This document shows positions 12,227 to 22,100 of a stretch of DNA of 64,000 bases, piece after piece. Positions within the stretch are counted from its first letter, which is position 1; each line of letters begins with the position of its first letter. A program made the position numbers and the translations under genes. The notes beneath the pieces were generated by a model. It saw only the letters and a program-made list of their open reading frames with translations. It searched no databases and had not been told where the DNA came from. The stretch comes from Bacteroidales bacterium (GTDB lineage Bacteria; Bacteroidota; Bacteroidia; Bacteroidales; UBA1402), in NCBI GenBank assembly GCA_045627385.1, contig JAZQNO010000020.1, positions 11,475 through 75,474 on the forward strand, written 5' to 3'.

Positions 12227-14680
12227 ATGAACATCTCTTATTCCTGGCTCAAAGATTTTGTCGATTTCGACCTTTCGGCTGTAGAGACGGCCGATTTGCT
12301 CACGTCCATCGGTCTGGAGAACGGACCGGTCGAGATGGTGGAATCCATCCGTGGCGGACTGGAAGGTCTGGTCATCGGCGAAGTGCTGACGTGCGAGCCT
12401 CATCCCGACTCCGACCATCTCCATGTGACGACTGTCGACGTGGGCGGTCCCGAGCCTCTTCCCATCGTCTGCGGTGCGCCCAACGTGGCTGCCGGACAGA
12501 AAGTCGTCGTGGCCACCATCGGCACGAAACTCTACGACGGCGACGAGTGCTTCACCATCAAGAAATCCAAGATCCGCGGCAAGGAGTCGTTCGGCATGAT
12601 CTGTGCCGAAGACGAAATCGGTATCGGAACCAGTCATGAGGGCATCATCGTGCTGCCTGCCGACGCGCAGGTGGGCATGCCTGCCAGCCGATATTACCAT
12701 CTGGAAAGCCAGCCTGTGCTGGAGGTCGACATCACGCCCAACCGGGCCGATGCCGCTTCGCATTTCGGCGTGGCCCGCGACCTGTATGCGGCTCTGAAAA
12801 GCAAGGGCCAGAACGTCTGCCTGCGCCGTCCTTCGGTCGACGCGTTCAAGGTGGACAACCACAAGCTCGAAATCGAGGTCGACGTTCAGAATACCGAGGC
12901 CTGCCCGCGCTATGCCGGCATCAGCCTCACCGGCGTCCATGTGAAGGAATCGCCGAAGTGGCTGCAGGACCGTCTGCGTCTCATCGGTCTGCATCCCATC
13001 AACAACGTGGTCGACATCACCAACTATCTGCTTCACGAATTCGGTCAGCCTCTGCATGCCTTCGACGCCGACAAGATCAAAGGCCGCCGCATTGAAGTGC
13101 GTTGCAGCGGCGGCAGCAAGTTCACGACGCTCGACGGCGTGGAACGCACGCTCGACGAGAAGGATCTGATGATCTGCAATGCCGGGGAGCCTATGTGCAT
13201 GGCCGGCGTCTTCGGCGGACTGGACTCGGGTGTGACCGAGCAGACCACTTCCGTTTTTCTGGAGAGTGCCTATTTCAATCCGGTCTGGGTGCGCAAGACG
13301 GCCCGCCGTCACGGTCTGAACACCGATTCGTCGTTCCGTTTCGAACGCGGTGTGGATCCCCATCAGACGCTTTATGTGTTGAAACGTGCCGCGCTGATGG
13401 TGAAGGAACTGGCCGATGCCGAGATTTCGAGTGAAATTGTGGACAAGTATCCGCAGCCCATCGAGGACTTCAAGGTGACGCTTTCGTACGAAAAGTGTGA
13501 CAGCCTTATCGGCAAGCAGCTCGGTCACGATGTCATCAAGAATATTCTGGAAGCGCTTGAAATGAAGGTCGTTTCCGAAAAGGACGGCGTGCTGGAACTG
13601 CTTGTGCCCGCCTACAGGGTTGACGTGCAGCGCGACTGCGATGTGATCGAGGACATTCTCCGCATCTACGGCTACAACAATGTGGAATACACCTCGTCCA
13701 TCAAGAGTACGCTGACTTACAGCAGCCATCCCGACAGCAACCGGCTTCAGAACCTGATTTCGGAACAGCTGACGGCCTGCGGTTTCCACGAGATTCTCAA
13801 CAATTCGCTCACTTCGGTGTCCTATTATAAAGACCTGCAGACTTTCCCGGAGGCCAATGCCGTGCGTGTGATCAACGCGCTCAGCCAGGATCTGGAACTG
13901 ATGCGTCAGACGCTGCTGTTCGGCGGTCTGGAAAACATCGCCCGCAACCGCAACCGCCGTGCCACCGACCTGAAGTTCTACGAGTTCGGCTCCTGCTATC
14001 ATTTCCATGCGGAAAACCGCAGGGAAGGGGAGGTGCTTTCGCCTTATTCGGAGGAGATGCATCTGGGCATGTGGCTGTGCGGCAACCGCAATCCGCAGAC
14101 TTGGAATGCGGCTGCAGAACCGGCTACTGTCTATGATCTGAAGGCTTATGTGCAGAACGTGTTCCTGCGTCTGGGCCTGGAAGGCGTGCAGATGGAGGAA
14201 GCTGAGGCCTGTGACCTTTACACGCACAGTTTGCTTTATCGCACGCGCAGCGGCAAGCTTCTGGCCGGTGTTTCGGAGGTCAATCCAGCCGTTCTGGCCA
14301 AGTTTGACATCGACGCTCCTGTCTTCTATGCCGACATCGAGTGGCCGCTTCTGATGAAGTCTATCCGCAACAACAAGGTTCTGTATGCCGAATTGCCCAA
14401 GTTCCCGGAAGTGCGCCGCGACTTGGCTCTGCTCATCGACTCGCAGGTCCATTTCTCCGATATCGAGCGTATCGCCCTGCAGAGCGAGAAGAAACTGCTC
14501 AAGAAGGTGTCGCTTTTCGATGTCTACGAAGGCAAGTCGCTGCCTGCCGGCAAGAAGTCGTACGCTGTGAGCTTTGTCCTTCAGGACGAGTCGCAGACGC
14601 TGACGGACCAGCGCATTGAGGCGATCATGAATAAGATAATCAGCAACATTAAACAACAATTGGGCGCAAGCCTCAGATAA
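12227..14680 (+). CDS. pheT: Phenylalanine-tRNA ligase beta subunit
   Basis: IVCGAPNV, DITPNRAD, NNVVDITNY, FERGVD, FDX-ACB C-terminus (RRDLAL, FDVYEG). Confidence 0.98.
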   Translation: MNISYSWLKDFVDFDLSAVETADLLTSIGLENGPVEMVESIRGGLEGLVIGEVLTCEPHPDSDHLHVTTVDVGGPEPLPIVCGAPNVAAGQKVVVATIGTKLYDGDECFTIKKSKIRGKESFGMICAEDEIGIGTSHEGIIVLPADAQVGMPASRYYHLESQPVLEVDITPNRADAASHFGVARDLYAALKSKGQNVCLRRPSVDAFKVDNHKLEIEVDVQNTEACPRYAGISLTGVHVKESPKWLQDRLRLIGLHPINNVVDITNYLLHEFGQPLHAFDADKIKGRRIEVRCSGGSKFTTLDGVERTLDEKDLMICNAGEPMCMAGVFGGLDSGVTEQTTSVFLESAYFNPVWVRKTARRHGLNTDSSFRFERGVDPHQTLYVLKRAALMVKELADAEISSEIVDKYPQPIEDFKVTLSYEKCDSLIGKQLGHDVIKNILEALEMKVVSEKDGVLELLVPAYRVDVQRDCDVIEDILRIYGYNNVEYTSSIKSTLTYSSHPDSNRLQNLISEQLTACGFHEILNNSLTSVSYYKDLQTFPEANAVRVINALSQDLELMRQTLLFGGLENIARNRNRRATDLKFYEFGSCYHFHAENRREGEVLSPYSEEMHLGMWLCGNRNPQTWNAAAEPATVYDLKAYVQNVFLRLGLEGVQMEEAEACDLYTHSLLYRTRSGKLLAGVSEVNPAVLAKFDIDAPVFYADIEWPLLMKSIRNNKVLYAELPKFPEVRRDLALLIDSQVHFSDIERIALQSEKKLLKKVSLFDVYEGKSLPAGKKSYAVSFVLQDESQTLTDQRIEAIMNKIISNIKQQLGASLR

Positions 14681-14690
14681 TCATTTACTT

Positions 14691-15425
14691 ATGGGAAGAG
14701 CGTTTGAATACAGAAAAGCTAGAAAGCTGAAACGTTGGGGCAACATGTCCCGCACATTTACGAAAATCGGTAAGGAAATTTCCAGCTGTGTCAAGGAAGC
14801 AGGTCCTGATCCAAACTCCAATGCACGTCTTCGTGTGCTCATTCAGAATGCCAAGGCTGCCAATATGCCTAAGGACAATGTGGAGCGTGCCATCAAAAAG
14901 GCCGTTTCGAAGGATTTCGCAGGCTATAAGGATATGGTTTATGAAGGCTACGGCCCTCACGGCATTGCCATTCTGGTGGAAACTCAGACCGACAATCCAA
15001 CCCGTACCGTTGCCAATGTCCGCAGCGTCTTCACCCGCTATGCCGGCACGCTGGGAACCAGCGGCAGTCTGTCGTTCATCTTTGAGCGTAAGGCTGTTTT
15101 CAAAATCAAACCCAAAGAGGGTATGGATATGGATGAACTCCAGCTTGAACTTATCGACCTGGGTGCCGACGATTTCGACCAGGACGAGGAAGAGGTCATC
15201 ATCTTCGGTGCTCCCGACTGCTTCGCCAAGATCCAGAACTATCTCGAAGGTGCCGGCTACGAACTGATTTCGGCCGAATTCGAGCGTTTTGCCAACGATT
15301 ACAAGGATGTGACTCCCGAACAGCGCGAGACCATCAACAAAATGGTGGAACGTCTGGAGGAGGACGACGATGTGTCGACCGTCTACACCAATATGAAGGA
15401 GGAGGAAGGCGAAGACGAAGAATAA
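14691..15425 (+). CDS. yebC: YebC/PmpR family protein
   Basis: MGRAFEYRK, NMPKDNVERAIKKA, YEGYGPHG, TDNPTRT. Confidence 0.96.
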   Translation: MGRAFEYRKARKLKRWGNMSRTFTKIGKEISSCVKEAGPDPNSNARLRVLIQNAKAANMPKDNVERAIKKAVSKDFAGYKDMVYEGYGPHGIAILVETQTDNPTRTVANVRSVFTRYAGTLGTSGSLSFIFERKAVFKIKPKEGMDMDELQLELIDLGADDFDQDEEEVIIFGAPDCFAKIQNYLEGAGYELISAEFERFANDYKDVTPEQRETINKMVERLEEDDDVSTVYTNMKEEEGEDEE

Positions 15426-15446
15426 ACCGCTTCTTTCCGGATACGA

Positions 15447-15480
15447 AAAAGGCTGCTCCGTATGGGGCAGCCTTTTCTTT
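15447..15480. terminator. Bidirectional intrinsic terminator between convergent yebC and tRNA-Cys
   Basis: AAAAGGCTGCTCC-GTAT-GGGGCAGCCTTTT with A-tract before and T-tract after. Confidence 0.85.
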
Positions 15481-15484
15481 TGTG

Positions 15485-15555
15485 AGGTACCTGGCGGAAT
15501 CGAACCGCCGTCCCCGGTTTTGCAGACCGATCCCTAACCGCTCGGGCAAGGTACC
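15485..15555 (-). tRNA. trnC: tRNA-Cys (GCA), CCA not encoded
   Basis: Reverse complement GGTACCTTGCCCGAGCGGTTAGGGATCGGTCTGCAAAACCGGGGACGGCGGTTCGATTCCGCCAGGTACCT: 7-bp acceptor stem, GCA anticodon, TTCGA T-loop, U discriminator. Confidence 0.95.
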
Positions 15556-15580
15556 AACTGCATTTTTTGGAAATGCGCGG

Positions 15581-15611
15581 CAAAGATAGGCCTTTTTTTG
15601 ACTTTCACAAA
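15581..15611 (-). promoter_or_regulatory. Sigma70 promoter of tRNA-Cys
   Basis: Minus strand TTTG (15608-15611), 19-nt spacer, TATCTTTG (15581-15588). Confidence 0.85.
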
Positions 15612-15626
15612 GGACTTTGTCCAAAA

Positions 15627-15827
15627 TTATGACAAAGCCACGAAGATTTCACCTTCCGTTTCGCTGAAGTTGAGTTTGCCTTCGCGGGCAAGCCAACCGA
15701 GAGCGGCGTAAAGGTCTTTTTCGGTCAGTTTGGTCAGTTTCTTGACGTCTTTCAGGCTCTTGGCCTGACCGGCAGCGTTCAGCACGGTCCAGACGGAACC
15801 GGCGTTGTTTCCGATTTTTTCAATCAT
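15627..15827 (-). CDS. Small winged-helix protein (DUF2582-like), 66 aa
   Basis: MIEKIGNNAGSVWTVL...LYAALGWLAREGKL matches the IG..AG.VW / AIGWLAREGK signature. Confidence 0.85.
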   Translation of the reverse strand: MIEKIGNNAGSVWTVLNAAGQAKSLKDVKKLTKLTEKDLYAALGWLAREGKLNFSETEGEIFVALS

Positions 15828-15854
15828 AATAAGGGGTAAGTTGTAAAAAGGTTG

Positions 15855-15889
15855 ATATAAAAGATAAAGGCTCCATTCCCTGGAGCCTT
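15855..15889 (-). terminator. Intrinsic terminator after SPOR gene
   Basis: AAGGCTCCA-TTCCC-TGGAGCCTT perfect 9-bp stem; minus strand continues TATCTTTT. Confidence 0.65.
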
Positions 15890-15912
15890 GTAAGTCGTCT
15901 CTGTGGAGAGGG

Positions 15913-16371
15913 CTATTCTTTGATAAGGATCCAGGCATCCGGGAAGTCCTTCTTCAGGGTCTTGACCAGTTCCTGAGCGTCTGCCTTGTTCTGGAAGAAA
16001 GATACGATGACTCTGTACATGAGTTTCTCGTTCTGTCCGAGAACGGTGTTGGGGTAACCGGCTTCCTGCATGCGTTTCAGCAGGCTTTCGGCATTGGTGC
16101 GGTTGATGAAACTGCCCACGACAACGCCATAAGTGCCTTCAGAGGCCTTTCCGATGATTTCGAGAGATTCGGCAGCCTCCTTGATGCTGCTCTTTTCGAC
16201 CACTTCGATGGTTTCGTTCTGAGCAGGCTGCTTCTCTGCTTCAAGCGCTTCCTGTCTGGCTTTGGCCCGTTCGTAGGCAGCGTCGTAAGCTTCCTTGTTG
16301 GACTTGCAGCCGGTGAGTGCCAAAGCGGCCAAAGTGGCCAGGCAAAGGGTGAATTTGCTGAATGTTTTCAT
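15913..16371 (-). CDS. SPOR-domain lipoprotein
   Basis: Lipobox LTGC, coiled-coil segment, YGVVVGSFINRTNA and YRVIV SPOR strands; -7 element TATCTTTG at 16393-16400 (minus). Confidence 0.88.
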   Translation of the reverse strand: MKTFSKFTLCLATLAALALTGCKSNKEAYDAAYERAKARQEALEAEKQPAQNETIEVVEKSSIKEAAESLEIIGKASEGTYGVVVGSFINRTNAESLLKRMQEAGYPNTVLGQNEKLMYRVIVSFFQNKADAQELVKTLKKDFPDAWILIKE

Positions 16372-16489
16372 ATTGGCTTGTGTTTGAGACGGCAAAGATA
16401 CATATTTTTTCAATTTGATTCAAGCCGATTGGCTTTTTGCGTAAATTTGCGCCTCGGATGCGGTGCCCTAAGGCCTGCAGGCATACAAG

Positions 16490-17812
16490 ATGACATACGA
16501 CGAAGTTCTCCAATATCTGTATTCGCAAGTTCCTCAGTTTCAATTGGTCGGTTCTGAGGCTTATCATCCCGGGCTGGACAACGTGCTCTTGCTCGACCGC
16601 TGGTGCGGCGCGCCTCACAAGGCTTTTGCCAGCATTCATGTGGCGGGCACCAACGGCAAGGGTAGCACTTCTCATATGCTGGCTTCTGTGTTGCAGTCGG
16701 CCGGCTACAGGGTGGGTCTCTACACTTCGCCGCATCTGAAGGATTTCCGCGAGCGCATTCGGGTGGACGGTCAGATGATTGACCGCGATTTTGTGGTTTC
16801 CTTTGTGGAAAAATACCGTCGGGCCAAAGAATTGCCGCCGTTTCCCGCCGATTTCCAGCCTTCTTTCTTTGAACTGACCACCGAACTGGCGTTCTGTTAT
16901 TTCGCCGATCGGAAGGTGGATGTGGCCATCATTGAGGTGGGTTTGGGCGGACGCTTCGACAGCACCAACATCATTCGTCCGCTGGTGTCGGTCATAGCGC
17001 ATGTCAGTTTCGACCACATGGCCATTCTGGGCGACACTCTGGAGCAGATTGCCGGCGAGAAGGCCGGCATCGCCAAACGCGATGTGCCTCTGGTGCTGGC
17101 TTCCAACGGGGAGGTTGTGCGTGGGGTGGTCGAAGGCCAATGCGTTTCTGTGGGTGCGCCTTTGCATTACGCGCCTGCTGCATGGCGTTGCCAGTCGCGT
17201 CCGCAACTGCCCGGACAGGTCTTCGATTTCCACCGCTTGCCCGGTGCGGGGCTGACGGCTTCGTCGCTCCCGTGCTGTCGGGATGTCTATTGTGACCTGG
17301 GCGGCAACTATATAGCCGACAATGTGCTGAGCGTCCTCACGACGCTTGATCTGATCGCTGCGCAATTTCCTGTGGGAGAATCGGCTTTGAGAGAAGGTCT
17401 GGCCGATGTGATCGGACAGACCGGCATCCGCGGCCGTTGGGAAATCTTGGGTGAGCATCCTTTGCGCATTGCCGACACGGGGCATAACGAGGACTGCATG
17501 GACCGTCTGATGGCTCAGTTGGCGGAAACGCCCCACCGACGTCTGCATCTGGTGCTGGGTTTCGTCAAAGACAAGGATGTGGATGCCATGTTTCGTCTGA
17601 TGCCTTCCGATGCGGCTTATTATTTTGCCAATGCGCCCATTCCCAGAGCTTTGTCTGCGGCCGAACTGGCCGAAAAGGCTGGCGCATACGGCTTGAAAGG
17701 ATGTGCGTATCCTTCTGTGGGCGCAGCCTATAAGGCGGCCCTGGATGCGGCGGAAGGGGAGGATGTCGTCTTTGTGGGCGGCAGCAATTTCACCGTTTCC
17801 GAAATTCTCTGA
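16490..17812 (+). CDS. folC: Folylpolyglutamate synthase / dihydrofolate synthase
   Basis: IHVAGTNGKGS, GLYTSPHL, FFELTT, EVGLGGRFDSTN, GRWE, DTGHN; -7 element TAAATTTG at 16442-16449. Confidence 0.96.
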   Translation: MTYDEVLQYLYSQVPQFQLVGSEAYHPGLDNVLLLDRWCGAPHKAFASIHVAGTNGKGSTSHMLASVLQSAGYRVGLYTSPHLKDFRERIRVDGQMIDRDFVVSFVEKYRRAKELPPFPADFQPSFFELTTELAFCYFADRKVDVAIIEVGLGGRFDSTNIIRPLVSVIAHVSFDHMAILGDTLEQIAGEKAGIAKRDVPLVLASNGEVVRGVVEGQCVSVGAPLHYAPAAWRCQSRPQLPGQVFDFHRLPGAGLTASSLPCCRDVYCDLGGNYIADNVLSVLTTLDLIAAQFPVGESALREGLADVIGQTGIRGRWEILGEHPLRIADTGHNEDCMDRLMAQLAETPHRRLHLVLGFVKDKDVDAMFRLMPSDAAYYFANAPIPRALSAAELAEKAGAYGLKGCAYPSVGAAYKAALDAAEGEDVVFVGGSNFTVSEIL

Positions 17813-17816
17813 GCGC

Positions 17817-18872
17817 TTATTTCATGATGCGGTTGCGGTCGAGCGCTCTGTGGTAGCGTTCGGCGTAGCGGTTGTGCTGGGCGAGGGTGGACGAATAGTA
17901 GTGTCCGCCTGAGAAATCGTCTTTGGCACACATGTACAGGTAGTTGTGCTGGCTGGCGTTCAGCACGGCGTCGAGGGCTGTTTTGGAAGGTATGCGGATG
18001 GGGCCTGGGGGCAGGCCCATGTGCTTGTAGGTGTTGTAGGGCGAATCTACTTCGGTGTATTCTTTCAGGACTCGGTGCATGCTCCAGTCGTTCATGGCGA
18101 ACTTGATGGTGGGGCAGGCCTGCAGGTACATCCTTTTTTTCATGCGGTTCATATAGAGGCCGGCCACGACGGGCCATTCGTCCTTGCGGTTGGTCTCTTC
18201 TTCGATGATGGAAGCCAGCGTGGACACTTGCCAGGGCTCCAGCCCTTTGTCGGCGGCCTTTTTCAGGCGTTCTTCCGTCCAGAACTGACGGTAGGCGCGC
18301 TGGAAGGTCTGCATCAGTTTCTCGGGACTGCAGTTCCACCACACTTCGTAGGTGTCGGGCAGGAAGAGCGACATGGCTGTTTCGGCTCTGAATCCCAGGG
18401 AATCTTGCCATTGGCTGTCTTTGAAGGTGTCGAGCAGGGTGAGGGAATCGAGCATGATCTGGTGCGAAAGCACACCGGCCAGCTGTTCGAGTGTGCGCAG
18501 GTTGTTGAACTGGATGCGGACCGGTTTTTGAAGGCCTTGTTTCAGAATGACGAGCATCTGCCGGTTGTTCATCCCGCTTTTCAGTTCGTAGTGACCGCTT
18601 CTGACGGCATCGGCATAACCGCTTTTCCGGGCGGCCTTTTCGAACGACTGAGGCCTGACGAGCACATTCTGCTGTTGGAGGTTTGAGAACACTTTGTCGA
18701 AGTTGTCGCCTTTGTGAATGTTCAGAATGACGGTTTTGTCGGACTGGATGTTGGGCAGCAGATAGGTGCGGTAGAAGCCGATTCCGCAGAACAATATGAT
18801 AATCAGGACTGCTGCGGCAGACACGAGACCGTATCGGAACCACTTTGAGGAAAAGAGATTATTTTTTTTCAT
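17817..18872 (-). CDS. mltG: Endolytic transglycosylase MltG
   Basis: N-terminal TM, LASIIEEET, LQACPT, SPYNTY, GLPPGPI, YLYMCA. Confidence 0.95.
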   Translation of the reverse strand: MKKNNLFSSKWFRYGLVSAAAVLIIILFCGIGFYRTYLLPNIQSDKTVILNIHKGDNFDKVFSNLQQQNVLVRPQSFEKAARKSGYADAVRSGHYELKSGMNNRQMLVILKQGLQKPVRIQFNNLRTLEQLAGVLSHQIMLDSLTLLDTFKDSQWQDSLGFRAETAMSLFLPDTYEVWWNCSPEKLMQTFQRAYRQFWTEERLKKAADKGLEPWQVSTLASIIEEETNRKDEWPVVAGLYMNRMKKRMYLQACPTIKFAMNDWSMHRVLKEYTEVDSPYNTYKHMGLPPGPIRIPSKTALDAVLNASQHNYLYMCAKDDFSGGHYYSSTLAQHNRYAERYHRALDRNRIMK

Positions 18873-18879
18873 TTATAAT

Positions 18880-18911
18880 TTTGAATCTTGACAATAAGTT
18901 TCCTATCTTTG
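18880..18911 (+). promoter_or_regulatory. Sigma70 promoter of tRNA-Ser
   Basis: TTTG (18880-18883), 20-nt spacer, TATCTTTG (18904-18911). Confidence 0.85.
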
Positions 18912-18955
18912 CGCCGCATTTGAAACCGGTTTGGCCGGCTTTCAGCTTCGCTTCC

Positions 18956-19042
18956 GGAAGGATGGGTGAGTGGCTGAAACCAACAGTTTGCTAAACTGTC
19001 GTACTCGTAAGGGTACCGGGGGTTCGAATCCCCCTTCTTCCG
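18956..19042 (+). tRNA. trnS: tRNA-Ser (GCT), long variable arm
   Basis: GGAAGGA acceptor pairing TTCTTCC, anticodon stem ACAGT-TTGCTAA-ACTGT, variable arm GTACTC-GTAA-GGGTAC, GGTTCGAATCC. Confidence 0.96.
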
Positions 19043-19055
19043 CCGGAATACAACA

Positions 19056-19094
19056 TTGGGTACAGGATGGAAATCCTGTACCCAACTTTTTTTT
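19056..19094 (+). terminator. Intrinsic terminator of tRNA-Ser
   Basis: Perfect 13-bp stem TTGGGTACAGGAT-GGAA-ATCCTGTACCCAA followed by a T8 run. Confidence 0.9.
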
Positions 19095-19141
19095 GTTCTC
19101 TTGCAGGATGCGGCTGCAAAGGTAATACATTTTTGCAAAAA

Positions 19142-22100
19142 TCATTTCACTCTCACCGCGGCCGCCGCATTGTCGAGTCGGACGATGTAGAGGCCTGTCT
19201 GGAAGCCGTTCAGGCTGGTGGTGCCGGCGGCGATTCCGGCATTGTACAGCACGCGTCCGCTCAGATCGCAGACCTGCAGCTGTCCGCCTTCTGCGCTGTG
19301 AAGGTTCAGCTGGCCCTGTCTGTCGCTCCAGCCATAGAGCTGGCTCTTGTCGGCTTCGATATTCCTGCTCAGACCGTCGACGGTGACATAGAGCCATTCG
19401 GGACCCAGCGGAGCGCCGTTGAGACCGGCCGTGTAGAGCGGCGACTGGAGGCTGATGCTGAGAAGGCTTTCGTCGGCGAAGATGTGGTCGAGGCCCATCG
19501 TGTAGAGATAGAGGTCGTTGCTGCGATTGACTGCCACGAGGTTGTTGTCATCTTCTTCGACCATGTTGCCCTTGCTGTCGGCCAAAGCCAGATTCTGGGT
19601 GGAGTTGGTCGGAGCCACCGGATTGGCTGTCAGTGATTCGTCACCCGTGTAGTAGCGGCCTTCGAAGAGGTTGTTGGTGACACGGATGTCGGAGGTGACG
19701 GTCGAATCGGCCGCATAGAGCGCCAGCAGCGCCACAGGATAGTTGACGTTGCTCCAGCGTTTGCAGAAGATGTTGTTGGCGATGGAGATGTCGACCGTGC
19801 TGCCTGAGGGAACAGAGGCGAATTCCAGGAAGGAACGCAGTTTGTCGCTGGCGTTGCCACCGATCTTGTAGAACAGGTTGTTGTCGATGCGGATGCTGAA
19901 ATTCAGATCGGAAGTCGAACCCGAACGTCCGAGATTGAACATCTGGCTGCCGTGGAAGTTGGAAACTACGTTGTTGATGAAGGTGAAGCGGTTGAGCGTA
20001 TAGGTGGCCGAAGCGTCGAGCTGGAACAGATGGCCGCCCAGCTTGCCGTCGGGCAGGCTGCCGCCGTTGTTCTCGAAACGGCAGTTCTCCACCCAGATGC
20101 CACCGTAGTAGCTGCCGGCCGCTGCGGCGCGGCTGCGGAGAGTCACCTGTACTTCCTGATCGTAGAACTGGCAGTTGCGGATGACGAACAGTCCGCTGAC
20201 CGTGTCGTTGGCACAGTTGAAGAAGAAGGGGTTGTAGGCTTCTTTGTCGTAGCCTTCGAACCAGGTGCTGTCGACCCAAGTAAGGCCCTCGTATATGAGC
20301 GTGTCGCAGCGCGAAGAGCGATTGGTGGTGATGCGGCCGAACAGTTTGGGATGGGCGTCTTCGGCGGCTTTGATCTGAATGGTGCCGCTGGTTCTGGGAT
20401 AGGCGAATCCCGTGCTGCCCAGGAAGTAGACGTCACATGTGTCGGCCGGGCTCTCGTAGAAGTCTTCGAGCAGGATGACATCGCCGCCGATGGCGATTTC
20501 GATGGCGGTCTTCAGCTCGGGAACGTTGCTGACGCTGACGGTGCGCGGCTCTGTGCGTGTGGCGTAGGCCATGCGGGCGCCCAGATAGCTGCGGCCTTCA
20601 CCGGCGGTGAACAGGTCGGAGGTGAGGTCGAGGACGATGCCGTCGGCAAACAGCTGGCCGATGCTCAGGTCGTCCGGAATCATGTTGCTCGGATCGGAAG
20701 CCCAGTCGGCCAGCCCGTCGGAGAACAGATTGTATCGGGCCATAAGCTCGGAAGAATCGCCCAGTGCGTCCAGTGCGAGCGATGTCTTTCCCGTCTGGTG
20801 GAAGATGTTGTCGCTCAGGTCGAGAAGGGCGGTATGTCCGGAAGCGTTCAGAGCGACGAGGGTGGAAGCTCCGGCCTGTGCCGTTTGGAAGAAGATGTTG
20901 TGTTTGAGGACAAGCTGTGACAAGTCGTTCTGACTGTTCCATGCGATCCAAGTGTCGGGACGGCAGTTTTCGAATATGTTTTCGCCGATATAGAGGCTGT
21001 CGGCAACGATACCCTCGACACAGAACAGGGAGCCTCCCGTGGCACATTGGTTCAGACGGCTGGATTTGAGGCTGATGCAGGCGATTTTGGAAGATGCGTC
21101 GGACTTGGCTTCGAGCAGTGATGCGAGCGATTCGAAGCGGCAGTCTTCGATGAAGAAGCCTTCGCTCAGCTGCAGGTTGTCGCCCAGTTTGAAAGGCGTG
21201 CCGTTTTCGAAAGTGACTCCCTTGAACAGCAGTTTTTCCAAGTCAAGGGAGGTGGGCTGGAAACTGCCTTTGAAGACGACCGACTGATGTACGTCATAAG
21301 GCTGCAGGGTGATTTTGCCGCGGCCTGCTGAAACCAGCTGGCTCAGATCGTAGCGGGCATCACCGTCGGTGCTGGTCTTGAGCAGAATGAGGGGTTCGGT
21401 ATTGCCGATGACGCTGAAGTCGTAGGCAAGCGCCGATTTCAGTTCGGCCGTGTTGTCGACGGTGGCGCCGGTGGTGGTCAGATTGAAGTCGGGCGCCTCG
21501 AAATGGCCTGCAGACAGCAGGTAGGACAGAGCGTTGTCGAGCAGTTTCAGTCCTTCTTCGTTCAGATTGGTGTTCTGGTCGGCACAGATGGCCAGCATCA
21601 GATATTTGGCCGCGTCGTTGCTGTAGTCTTCATACATGTTGACGATGCCCGAATGGACACCTCGTCCGATGACGTATCCCGAAGGCTCCTCGGTGTAGGT
21701 GAATCCCTGGAAGTATTTGCCTGTCTGGGAATTGTCTTTGAAGAAGGATGGCGTAAGCAGGTGCTCGCCCTGCTCCGTGAGGCTGATTCCGTTGAAGAGC
21801 GGGTGAATGAGGAAATTGGAGGCGATGACGGCCAGGCTGTCGTTGTCGCCGTTGTTCTGTGTGAAGCCGCTGCCCCAGTTCTTGTAGGCGAAAGCCTTCA
21901 GATTGAGGAAAGGCTTGTAGCCGATGAGATACTTGGCGTTTTTGACCACGTCTGCGCCGCTGCCGGGATATTCGCTGAGCACGACGGCGTCACAGTCGGC
22001 AAAGGCCGCCTTGACGGCCTCTTCGCTGTCGAGACCGGCCGTTTCGGCTTGAGTGAACAGCTTGACACGATAATTTTTGCTCTGCATCAGCGACTTGAGC

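Noticed and set aside
15423-15448. TAAACC-N15-CGAA just after yebC
   Set aside because: Different -10, and it points straight into a terminator with no downstream plus-strand gene
15485-16413. tRNA-Cys as island boundary
   Set aside because: Neighbours are conserved-type small genes; no att repeat or mobility gene
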